From Centroscyllium fabricii (taxonomy: Eukaryota), in assembly GCA_051313645.2 (NCBI GenBank), contig JBNRSN020000089.1, positions 2,790,001-2,854,000 on the forward strand: a stretch of 64,000 nucleotides of DNA, written 5' to 3'. The notes below the pieces were generated by a model. The model did not search any database. It saw nothing but the letters and a program-made list of their open reading frames with translations, and was not told the origin of the DNA. How positions within the stretch are numbered: position 1 is the first letter of the stretch; every line of letters begins with the position of its first letter. This document shows, piece by piece, positions 46,264-59,117 of this stretch. Position numbers and translations under genes: made by a program.

Positions 46264-49200
46264 ATGTCCAACGCAAGGAACCAAGCCCCACGATAACAGG
46301 GGGCTGGACGGAACACCGGGCGCGGACTTGTTTTGACCGAGTTCTGGGAGCAACGGCCAGCGGCCTGGTTTAGCTGCATAGAAGCCAGCTGCCGTTCAAA
46401 TGGCGTCAACGGGGACGACCGCTACGACTTGGTCTTCACAGCTCTGCCCCAAACGACCGTCGATAGGATGTGGTCAATGATCCAGCGCGTGCCCTCCGTA
46501 GGCAGGTACGAAACACTTAAGGCCGCGCTGATTAAGAAGTTTACCCCTTGCCAGTTCGAGCGCGACTGTCAGCTCCTCGACCTCCCCGAGCTCGGGGACA
46601 CCAACCCATCGGACCTGCTAGGTCAGATGCAGGTGCTCACTCCCAACCCTGCCACCCTATTTCACACGGTTTTCCTCCTCAAATTGCCCCGCGCAATCAG
46701 ACCTGCCCTGGCAGCCCTAGCCCATCTTAGCGACGACGAACTCGGCGAGGAAGCCGACAGGCTTATGGCGGCGCAGCGCACCAGCTCTACCACGTGCGCC
46801 CCCAACTCAGCATCGGTAGAGCACAACTATTCGCCCCCTGGGCACAATTTTATGCCCGAACCCAAGGCCCCACGCCCGCCCAGACAACCGCGCCCCTCTA
46901 GCACCGGCTGGTGCTACTATCACACGCGGTTTGAACACAAAGCGCACTGCTGCGTCCAGCCATGCACGTTTAAACCTAACTCAGCCTCCACCATGTCGGT
47001 AGGCCACACAGGAGCACTCCTCTTCGCCACCGACAGCGGCACCGGCCTCAGGTTCCTCTGCGACACAGGCGCGCAGCACAGCATCGTGCCAGCCTCCCCC
47101 GCAGAAACCAAACGAGGCACCCGCGGCCCGCCACTAGCGGCAGCCAACGGGTCCAGCATTAAAACGTACGGCACACGCGTGCTGACTATTACCCTTGCAG
47201 GCCACACGTACACCTGGGAGTTTGTAACGGCCCAGGTCACCTCTCCCCTCCTCGGGGCAGATTTCCTCTGCGCCAACGGCCTACTGGTCGATGTAACCCG
47301 GCGCCGCCTGGTGAATCTCAGCACCATGACGACCATTCCATGTTCCACAGGGCGCGCACTCCTGACCCACGCGGCAGCTCAATGCCGCTCCAAGGACTGC
47401 GATGCCTACGGCACACTCCTGGCGGAATTTCCCGCCCTTACCAACCCCACGTTCACCGCCCGCAAGGCCAAACACGGGGTAGAGCACTACATAACCACCA
47501 CAGGCCCGCCCGTCCATGCACACGCCCGTAGGCTCGACCCAGCTAAGCTGGAGATCGCCATCACCGAGTTCCGCACCATGGAACAACTCGGCATTATCCG
47601 CCGCTCCAACAGCCCCTGGCCCTCCCCGCTCCACATAGCCCCCAAGCCCGACGGCGGTTGGCGCCCCTGCGGCGACTATCGCCACCTCAACAACGCCACC
47701 ACCCCGGATAGGTACCCCGTACCCCACATCCAGGACTTTTCCGCCAGACTGGCAGGGCGCACGATCTTTTCTAAGATCGACCTGGTGCGTGGCTACCACC
47801 AGGTACCCGTGCACTCGGCGGACATTCCCAAAACGGCCGTGATCACCCCCTTCGGGCTCTTTGAATTTATGAGGATGCCCTTCGGCCTTAAAAACGCGGC
47901 CCAGGCCTTCCAGCGCCTCATGGACTCAGTCCTACGGGACTTGAAGTTCATCTTCGTCTATTTGGACGACATCCTCGTGGCCAGCTCGTCCCCTCAGGAA
48001 CACCTCCTACATCTCAGGACCCTGTTCCAGCGCCTTACCGAACACGGCCTTATATTAAGCCCCACCAAATGCAGGATTGGCCTCGAGACCATCGACTTCC
48101 TCGGCCACCGCATTTCCCAGGCAGGAGCCATACCCCTGCCCTCTAAAGCGCAAGCGGTGCAAGAATTCCCTTGCCCGCACTCTATTAAGGGACTGCAGGA
48201 ATTCTTGGGCATGGTTAATTTCTATAACCGATTTATCCCGGGAGCAGCCGCCCTCATGGCCCCCTTATACCAGGCCACCCGCGGGCAGCCCAACAAGGCT
48301 GCGGTCGAGTGGACGGCCGACGCCGCCACCGCCTTCACCGCAACCAAAACCGCCCTGGCAAACGCCACCCTTCTAGCCCACCCTAGGCCCAACGCCAGAG
48401 TAGCCCTCACCACCGACGCCTCCGACCATGCGGTCGGGGCCGTATTTGAGCAGTGGACCGGCAACTCGTGGCAACCCCTGGCCTTTTTCAGCCGGCAACT
48501 CCGGCCCCCAGAGGTTAAATACAGCGCCTTTGATAGGGAGCTACTGGCTCTCCATCTGGCGGTGCGACATTTTCGGTTCCACCTGGAGGGCCGACACTTT
48601 ACAGCCTTCACCGGCCACAAGCCACTCACGTTTGCGATGGCTAAGGTAGCTGAACCCTGGTCGGCCAGGCAGCAGCGCCAACTCACGGCCGTGTCGGAAT
48701 TCACAACCGACATTCAGCACATTTCCGGCCGCGACAATGTAGTCGCTGACTGCCTCTCACGCCCCACCATCAATGCCGCCCAAATGGCAGTTGATTACGC
48801 CCAGCTGGCCGCCGACCAGCTGGCCGACCCTGACCTAATCAATGCAGCCACTAAACTCCCTGGCCTACGCTTGGCCAATGTCGCGCACGGTCCCGCTGCC
48901 ACCGTCATCTGCTGTAACGTTTCCTTACCACAACCCAGGCCCATCGTGCCCCTCGTTTGGAGGGAATGAATCTTTACGACCCTCCACGACCTGTCCCACC
49001 CCGGCGTCCGCGCGTCCATTAGACTCATATCGGCCCAGTTCGTATGGCGCGGCCTGCGCAAAGACGTCCGCGTCTGGGCCACCTCCTGCATAGCCTGCCA
49101 GCGCTCCAAGGTGCACAAGCACATCAAGGCACCGCTGCAAAATTTTAAAGTACCGGCCAGACGCTTTGACCACGTCCATATTGACCTCGTTGGGCCTCTA

Positions 49201-50085
49201 CCAGCATCTCGCGGCCACACGCACCTACTGACCATGGTCGACCGCAACACCCGCTGGCCTGAAGCAGTTCCCCTCACTGCCACCAACACCACGGACCTAG
49301 CCAGGGCGTTCATCGCCACATGGATCGCCCGATTCGGCGTGCCCATGGACATCACCTCCGACAGAGGACCCCAGTTTACGTCGATGCTATGGGCGGCCAT
49401 CGCTCGTGACCTCGGGGTGACGCTACACAGGACCACCGCATACCACCCACAGGCGAACGGCCTATGCGAACGGTTCCACCGCTCAATGAAGGCATCATTG
49501 CGGGCCACGCTGAAGGATGCTTCTTGGACCGACCGCCTTCCATGGGTCCTCCTCGGGCTGCGCTCGGCAGTCAAAGAGGACCTCAATGCCTCAGCAGCAG
49601 AGCTCGTCTACGGCCAGGCTTTGACGGTACCGGGCGAATTTCTGGCTGAGGCCAACTCACCCTGGTCAGCAGACCAGTATTTAAAAGACTGGGCAAACCC
49701 GGCACGAGCCTTTCAGCCATTGCCAGTGGCCCGGCATGGAGAGCCGGCAGCTTGGGTGCCAGAGGACATTAAAAATGCCAAATGGGTATTTATCAGACGA
49801 GACGGGCACCGAGCCCCTTTACAGCCACCGTACAATGGCCCTTATAGAGTGCTTCGGGCGGGAGACAAGTTCTTCGAGTTACAAATGGGCAAAAGAACTG
49901 AGACAGTAACTATAGACCGGCTCAAGCCGGCACACGTGACAGCGGGCGAGACCACGTTCCCCGCGCAACCACCACAACGCGGTCGCCCTCCCGCACCTAA
50001 ACCCGCCCACACTCCAACGCAGAACCGGCAACAACGAACAACACGGTCCGGCCGCATCATCCGACCGCCCCAACGGCACACATAG
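46264..50085 (+). pseudogene. gag-pol: gag-pol polyprotein in a single frame (1273 codons) interrupted by in-frame TAA (46294-46296) and TGA (48967-48969)
   Basis: ATG 46264 is in frame with track ORFs 46333..48969 and 49111..50085. Motifs: Gag LTEFW..P.AWF; CX2HX9CX3C (46912-46965); protease FLCDTGA (D at 47062); [35 protein letters not shown] (47959-47970); RNase [21 protein letters not shown]; integrase HHCC just after the TGA (LHDLSHPG...CIACQ), D,D,E (HIDLVG, TSDRG, LCERFH) and GPY module. Confidence 0.93.
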
Positions 50086-50117
50086 ACACGGCAATTTATT
50101 TCTCCCGGATGGATTCT

Positions 50118-50125
50118 GGGGGGAG
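50118..50125 (+). other. Polypurine tract of copy 1
   Basis: GGGGGGAG ending 3 nt before the 3' LTR start at 50129. Confidence 0.8.
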
Positions 50126-50128
50126 CTG

Positions 50129-50373
50129 TGTAGCGGCACACCCGCTGGGATTACGAATCCGCCAACGGGGCTCCGCGGAGCGCAGCTCGCTCAACCACGT
50201 GATGCGGTTGCGTCACCACGTCGGTGGACGTGATGACGTCACCAACGGCGGGACAGTTTAAGTATGTTGATACCTCGTGGTTCTGCCTCTTCCATGATTT
50301 GAATTCCTAGAGTAAAGTTGTGTTTTCCTTTAGCTCTGTCTCTGTGCATTCTTTAAGTACTCGCAGCTCCACA
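50129..50373 (+). repeat. 3' LTR of copy 1
   Basis: Direct repeat of 45929-46173, preceded by the PPT and followed by the ATAT TSD. Confidence 0.97.
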
Positions 50374-53300
50374 ATATCCACCTGTGTACAATACATCAGA
50401 CAATGTCCATCTGTGTACAATACATCAGACAATATCCATCTGTGAACAATACATCAGAAAATGTCCATCTGTGTATAATACATCAGACATTATCCATCTG
50501 TGAGCAATACATCAGACAATATCCATCTGTGTACAATACATCAGACAATATCCAACTGTGTACAATACATCAGTAAATGTCCATCTGTGTACAATACATC
50601 AGACAATATCCATCTGTGTACAATACATCAGACATTATCCATCTGTGAACAATAGAGCAGACATTATCTATCTGTGTACAATTCATCAGACATTGTCCAT
50701 CTGTGAACAATACGTCAGACATTATCCATCTGTGATCAATAGAGAAGTAAATATCCATCTGTGTACAATTCATCAGACATTGTCCAACTGTGAACAATAC
50801 ATCAGACATTATCCATCTGTGTACAATACATCAGAAAATATCCATTTGCGTACAATATTACAGTAAATGTGCATCTGTGTACAATACATCAGACAATGTC
50901 CATCTGTGTACAATATATCAGACAATATGCACCTGTGTACAATACGTCAGACAATGTCCATCTGTGTACAATATTTCAGACGATATCCATCTGTGAACAA
51001 TACATCAGACAGTGTCCATCTGTGAACAATACATCAGACAATATCCATCTTTGTACAGTACATCAGACAATGTCTATCTGTGAACAATACATCAGACAAT
51101 ATCCATCTGTGTACAATACATAAGACAAATGTCCATCTGTGTACAATACATCAGACAATATCCATCAGTGTACAATACATCAGACAATTTCCATCTGTGT
51201 ACAATACATCAGACAATATACATCTGTGAACAATATATCAGAAAGTGTCCATCTGTGCACGATACACAAGACATTATCAATCTGTATACAATACATCAGA
51301 TATTATCCATCTGTGTAGAATACATCCGACAATATCCTTCTGTGTACAGTACATCAGATCATGTCCATCTGTGTACAATCCATCAGACATTGTCCAACTG
51401 TTTACAATACATCAGAAAATTTCCATCTGTGAACAATACATAAGACATTTTCCATCTGTGTACAATATATCAGACATTATCCATCTGTGTACAATACATC
51501 AGACAATATCCATCTGTGTACAATACATTAGACAACGTCCATCTGTGTACAATACATCAGACAATACCCATCTGTGTACAATACATCAGACAATATCCAT
51601 CTGTGAACATTACATCAGACAATGTCCATCTGTGTACAATATATCAGAAAATGTGCATCTGTGAACAATCCATAAGACAATATCCATCTGTGTACAATAC
51701 ATCAGACAATATTCATCTGTGAACAATACATCAGACATTACCCATCTGTGTACAATACATCAGACAGTCCATCTGTGAACAATACATCAGACATTATCCA
51801 TCTGTGTACAATACATCAGACAATATCCATATGTGTACAATACATGAGAACATTTCCATCTGTGTGCAATCCATCAGAAAATGTCCATCTGCGTACAATA
51901 CATCAGAGAATGTCCATCTGTGTAAAGTACATCAGACATTATCCATCTGTGAACAATACTTCAGGCAATGTCCATCTGTGTACAATACATCAGATAATAT
52001 CCATATGTGTGCAATACATCAGACAATGTCCATCTGTAGCCAATACATCAGACAATGTCGATCTTTGTACAATATATCAGACAATATGCATCTGTGTACA
52101 ATACACCAGACAATGTCCATCTGTGTACAATACATCAGACAATGTCCATCTGTGAACAATACATCAGACAATATCCATTTTTTTACAATACATCAGACAA
52201 TGTCCATCTGTGTACAATACATCAGACAATGTCCATCGGTGAACAATACTTCAGACAATGTCCATCTGTGTACAATATATCAGACAATGTCCATCTGTGT
52301 ACAATACATCAGAGATTATCCATCTGTGCACAATACATCAGAAAATGTCCATCGGCGTACAATTCATCAGACAATATCCATCTGTGTACAATACATCAGA
52401 CAATGCCCATCTGTGAACAATACATCAGACAATGTCCATCAGTGTACATTACATCAGACTATGTCCATCTCTGAACAATATATCCGACAATGTCCATCTG
52501 TGTACAATACATCAGATATTGTCCATCATTGTACAATACATCAGACATTATCCATCTGTGTTCAATACATCAGAAAATGTCCATCTGCGTACAATGCATC
52601 AGAAAATGTCCATCTGTGAACAATACATCAGACAATATCTATCTGTGTACAAATCGTCAGACATTGTCCATCTGTGAACAATACATCAGACAATATCCAT
52701 CTGTGTACAATACATCAGACATTGTCCGTCTGTTGACAATACATCAGACAATGTCCAGCTGTGTACAATACATCAGACAATATCCATCTGTGTACAATAC
52801 ATCAGATCTTGTCCATCTGTGAACAATACATCAGACAATATCCATTTGTTTACAGTACATCAGACAATGTCCATCTGTGTACAATACATCAGACAATATC
52901 CATCTGTGAACAATACATCAGACATTATCCATCTGTGAACAATACATCAGACATTATCCTTCTGTGTACAATACATCAGATCTTGTCCATCTCTGAACAA
53001 TACATAAGACAATATCCCTCTGTGTAAAGTGCATCAGACAATGTCCATCTGTGTACAATACTTCAGAAAATATCCATCTGTGAAAAATTTATAAGATATT
53101 ATACATCTGTGTACAATACATCAGACATTATCCATCTGTGTACAATACATCAGAAAATGCCCATCTGTGAACACTACATAAGACATTATCCATCTGTGTA
53201 CAATACATCAGACATTATCCATGTGTATACAATACATCAAACAAGTGTCCATCTGTGAACAATACATCAGACAATATCCATCAGTGTACAATACATCAGA

Positions 53301-56300
53301 CAATTTCCATCTGTGTACAATACATCAGACAATATCCATCTGTGAGCAATATATCAGAAAATGTCCATCTGTGCACAATACATAAGACATTATCAATCTG
53401 TGTACAATACATCAGACATTATCCATCTGTTTAGAATACATCAGACAATATCCATCTGTGAATAATACATCCGAAAATGTCCATCTGTGTACAATACATC
53501 AGACATTATCCATCTGTGAACAATACATAACAAAATATCCATCTGTGTACAATAAATCAGCCAGTATCCATCTATGTACAATACATCAGAAAATGTCCAT
53601 CTGTTTACAAAACATCAGACAATATCCATCTGTGTACAATATATGAGACATTATCGATCTGTGAACAATACATCAGACATTATCCATCTGTGTACAATAG
53701 ATCAGACATTGTCCATCTGTGAACAGTACATCAGATATTATCCATCTGTGTACAATACATCAGACAATTTCCATTTGTGTACAATACATGAGAAAATGTC
53801 CATCTGTGTGCAATCCATCAGACATATCCATCTGTTTACAATACATCAGAGTATGTCCATCTGTGTACAGTACATAAGACATTATCCATCTGTGAACAAT
53901 AATTCAGACAATGTCCATCAATGTACAATACATCAGACAATATCCATCTGTGTACAAAACATCAGACATTGTCCATCTGTGAACAATACATCAGACAATA
54001 TCCATCTGTGTACAATACATCAGACATTGTCCGTCTGTGTACCAAACATCAGACAATGTCCATCGGTGAACAATACACCAGACAATGTCCATCTGCGTAC
54101 AATACATCAGACAATGTCCATCTGTGAACAATACATCAGACAATATCCATCTGTGTACAATACATCAGACAATGTCCATCTGTGAACAATACATCAGACA
54201 ATGTCCATCTGTGAACAATACATCAGATATTGTCCATCTGTGTACAATACAGCAGAGATTGTCCATCTGTGTACAACATATCAGACATTGTCCATCAGTG
54301 TACAATACATCAGACAATATCCATTTGTGTACAATACATTAGACAATGTCCATCTGTGAACAATACATCAGACAATGTCCATCTGTGAACAATACATCAG
54401 ACAATGTCCATCTGTGTACAAAATATCAGACAATGTCCATCTGTGTACAATACATCAGACAATATCCATCTGTGAACAATACATCAGACAATGTCCATCT
54501 GTGTACAATATATCAGTAAATGTCCATTTTTGAACAATCCATAAGACAATATCCATCTGTGTAAAGTACATCAGACAATATCCATCTGTGTACAATAGAC
54601 AATATACATCTGTGAACAATACATCAGACAATGTCCATCTGTGTACAATAAATCAGACAATATCCATCTGTGTACAATACATCAGACAATATCCATCTGT
54701 GTACAGTACATCAGAGAATGTCCATTTGCGTACAATACATCAGACAATGACCATCTGTGAACAATACATCAGACAATGTCCATCTGTGTACAATACATCA
54801 GAACATTTCCATCTGTGAACAATTCATAAGACATTATCCATCTGTGTACAATACATCAGACATTATCTATCTGTTTACAATATATCAGAAAATGTCCATC
54901 TGTGAACAATACATAAGACATTATCCATCTGTGTACAATACATCAGAAAATGTCCATCGGTGTACAATACATCAGACATTATACATCTGTGAGCAATACA
55001 TCAGACAATATCCATCTGTTTACAATACATCAGACAATATCCATCTGTGTACAATACATCAGAAAATGTCCATCTGTGTACAATACATCAGACAATGTCC
55101 ATCTGTGTACAACACATATGACATTATCGTTCTGTGTACAATACATCAGATATTATCCATCTGTGAACAATACTTCAGACAATATCCATCTGTATACAAT
55201 ACATCAGACAAATATCCATCTGTGTACAATACATCAGACAATATCTACCTGTGTACAATACATCAGACAATGTCCATCTGTGTACAATGCATCAGACAAT
55301 ATTCATCTGTGAACAATACATCAGAAAATGTCCATCTGTGAACAATACATCAGACTTAATCCATCTGTGAGCAATACGTCAGACAATATCCATCTGTGTA
55401 CAATACATCAGACAATATCCATTTGTGTACAATATATCAGTAAATGTCCATCTGTGTACAATACATCAGACAATATCCATCTGTGTACAATACATCAGCC
55501 ATTATCCCTCTGTGAACAAAAGAGCAGACATTATCAATCTGTGTACAATACATCAGACATTGTCCATCTGTGAACAATACATCAGACATTATCCATCTGT
55601 GAACAATAGAGAAGTAATTATCCATCTGTGTACAATTAATCAGACAGTGTCCAACTGTGAACAATACATCAGACATTATCCATCTGTGTACAATACATCA
55701 GACAATATCCATTTGTGTACAATATATCAGACAATGTGCATCTGTGTACAATACATCAGACAATGTCCATCTGTGTACAATACATCAGAAAATATGCACC
55801 TGTGTACAATACATCAGACAATGTCCATCTGTGTACAATATTTCAGACAATATCCATCTGTGAACAATACATCAGACAGTGTCCATCTGTGAACAATATA
55901 TCAGAAAATATACAGCTTTGTACAATACATCAGACAATGTCCATCTGTGTACAGTACATCAGACAATATCCATCTGTGAACAATACATCAGACATTATCC
56001 ATCTGTGAACAATACATCAGACAATATCCATCTGTGTACAATACATCAGCCATTATCCCTCTGTGAACAATAGAGCAGACATTATCAATCTGTGTACAAT
56101 ACATCAGACATTGTCCATCTGTGAACAATACATCAGACATTATCCATCTGTGTACAATAGAGAAGTAATTATCCATCTGTGTACAATTAATCAGACAGTG
56201 TCCAACTGTGAACAATACATCAGACATTATCCATCTGTGTACAATACATCAGACAATATCCATTTGTGTACAATATATCAGACAATGTGCATCTGTGTAC

Positions 56301-58782
56301 AATACATCAGACAATGTCCATCTGTGTACAATACATCAGAAAATATGCACCTGTGTACAATACATCAGACAATGTCCATCTGTGTACAATATTTCAGACA
56401 ATATCCATCTGTGAACAATACATCAGACAGTGTCCATCTGTGAACAATATATCAGAAAATATACAGCTTTGTACAATACATCAGACAATGTCCATCTGTG
56501 AACAATACATCAGACAATATCCATCTGTGTACAATACTTAAGACAAATGTCCATCTTAGTACAATAAATCAGACAATATCCACCAGTGTACAATACATCA
56601 GACAATTTCCATCTGAGTACAATACATCAGACAATATACATCTGTGAACAATATATCAGAAAATGTCCATCTGTGCACAATACATAAGACATTATCAATC
56701 TGTATACAATACATCAGACATTATCCATCAGTGTAGAATACATCCGACAATATCCATATGTGTACAATACATCAGAAAATGTCCATCTGTGTACAATACA
56801 TCAGACAATTTCCATCTGTGTACAATACATCAGACATTATCCATCTGTGAACAATACATCAGACATTACCCATCTGTGTACAATACATCAGACAGTCCAT
56901 CTGTGAACAATACATCAGACATTATCCATCTGTGTACAATATATCGGACAATATCCATATGTGTACAATACATGAGAAAATTTCCATCTGTGTGCAATCC
57001 ATCAGAAAATGTCCATCTGCTTACAATACATCAGAGAATGTCCATCTGTGTAAAGTACATCAGACATTATCCATCTGAGAACAATACTTCAGGCAATGTC
57101 CATCTGTGTACAATACATCAGATAATATCCATATATGTGCAATACATCAGACAATGTCCATCTGTGAACAATACATCAGACAATGTCCATCTGTGGCCAA
57201 TACATCAGACAATGTCGTTCTTTGTACAATATATCAGACAATATGCATCTGTGTACAATACATCAGACAATGTCCATCTGTGTACAATACATCAGACAAT
57301 GTCCATCTGTGAAAAATACATCAGACAATATCCATCTTTTTACAATACATCAGACAATGTCCATCTGTGTACAATACATCAGACAATGTCCATCTGTGAA
57401 CAATACTTCAGACAATGTCCATCTGTGTACAATACATCAGACATTGTCCATCTGTGTACAATACATCAGAGATTATCCATCTGTGCACAATACATCAGAA
57501 AATGTCCATCGGCGTACAATTCATCAGACAATATCCATCTGTGTACAATACATCAGACAATGCCCATCTGTGAACAATACATCAGACAATGTCCATCTGT
57601 GTACATTACATCAGAAAATTTCCATCTGTGAACAATACATAAGACATTATCCATCTGTGTACAATACATAAAAAATGTCCATCTGTGTACAATACATCAG
57701 ACATTATCCATCTGTGAGCAATACATCAGACAATATCCTTCTGTGTACAGTACATCAGACAATATCCATCTGCGTACAATACATCAGAAAATGTCCATAT
57801 GTGTATAATACATCAGACAATGTCCACCTGTGTACAATACATCAGACAATATCCATCTGTGTACAATACATAAGACATTATCGTTCTGTGTACATTACAT
57901 CAGACATTATCCATCTGTGAACAATACATCAGACAATATCCATCTGTGTACAATACATCAGACAAATGTCCATCTGTGTACAATACATCAGACAATATCC
58001 ACCTGTGTACAATACATCAGACAATGTCCATCTGTGTACAATACATCAGACAATATCCATCTGTGAAAAATACATCAGAAAATGTCCATCTGTGTACAAT
58101 ACATCAGACATTATCCATCTGTGAGCAATACATCAGACAATATCCATCTGTGTACAATATATCAGACAATATCCATCTGTGTACAATACATCAGTAAATG
58201 TCCATCTGTGTACAATACATCAGACAATATCCATCTGTGTACAATACATCAGCCATTATCCATCTCTGAACAATAGAGCAGACATTATCAATCTGTGTGC
58301 AATACAACAGACATTGTCCATCTGTGAACAATACCTCAGACATTATCCATCTGTGAACAATAGAGAAGTAATTATCCATCTGTGTACCATTCATCAGACA
58401 TTGTCCAACTGTGAACAATACATCAGACATTATCCATCTGTGTACAATACATCAGACAATATCCATTTGTGTGCAATATAACAGTAAATGTGCATCTATG
58501 TACAATACATCAGACAATGTCCATCTGTGAACAATACATCAGACAATATGCACCTGTGTACAATACATCAGAAAATTTCCATCTGTGTAAAATACATCAG
58601 TCAATGTCCACCTGTGTACAATACATCAGACAATATCCATCTGTGTACAATACATAAGACATTATCATTCTGTGTACAATACATCAGACATTATCCATCT
58701 GTGAACAATACATCAGAAAATATCCATCTGTGTACAATACATCAGACAAATGTCCATCTGTGTACAATACATCAGACAATAT
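50374..58782. repeat. 29-bp satellite array between the two retrotransposon copies
   Basis: Same monomer and orientation; resumes in register directly after the 3' LTR (ATAT-CCACCTGTGTACAATACATCAGA). Confidence 0.99.
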
Positions 58783-59027
58783 TGTAGCGGCACACCCGCT
58801 GGGATTACGAATCCGCCAACGGGGCTCCGCGGAGCGCAGCTCGCTCAACCACGTGATGCGGTTGCATCACCACGTCGGTGGACGTGATGACGTCACCAAC
58901 GGCGGGACAGTTTAAATATGTTGATACCTCGTGGTTCTGCCTCTTCCATATTTTGAATTCCTAGAGTAAAGTTGTGTTTTCCTTTAGCTCTGTCTCTGTG
59001 CATTCTTTAAGTACTCGCAGCTCCACA
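58783..59027 (+). repeat. 5' LTR of copy 2
   Basis: Same sequence as 45929-46173, including its diagnostic bases. Confidence 0.97.
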
Positions 59028-59028
59028 G

Positions 59029-59041
59029 TGGTGACCCCGAC
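59029..59041 (+). other. tRNA-Trp primer binding site of copy 2
   Basis: TGGTGACCCCGAC just after the 5' LTR. Confidence 0.9.
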
Positions 59042-59117
59042 AACTGGAACGACTTCCAGTCCAGTGAAGAAAAGCTGCTGCAGTATTTGAGGATCACAGC
59101 CGAGGACTTTAAAAAAT

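Larger units (their letters stand above)
45929..50373 (+). mobile_element. Full-length Ty3/Gypsy LTR retrotransposon, CsRn1-like clade, copy 1 (4445 bp)
   Basis: Two 245-bp direct repeats 4200 bp apart with TG...CA ends; 4-bp TSD ATAT (45925-45928 and 50374-50377); PBS and PPT present; domain order Gag-PR-RT-RNaseH-IN is the Ty3/Gypsy order. Clade call is inferred from the Trp PBS, CHCC motif and 4-bp TSD. Confidence 0.97.

Noticed and set aside
50086-50128. env gene or chromodomain, i.e. retrovirus, errantivirus or chromovirus
   Set aside because: Only about 43 nt separate the pol stop from the 3' LTR, and the integrase tail is Pro/Arg-rich with no chromodomain signature.
46920-50141. Antisense and alternative-frame ORFs inside the element (e.g. 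48795..49586 minus, 263 aa; 47281..47814 minus)
   Set aside because: Expected shadows of a GC-rich coding frame; no recognisable motifs.
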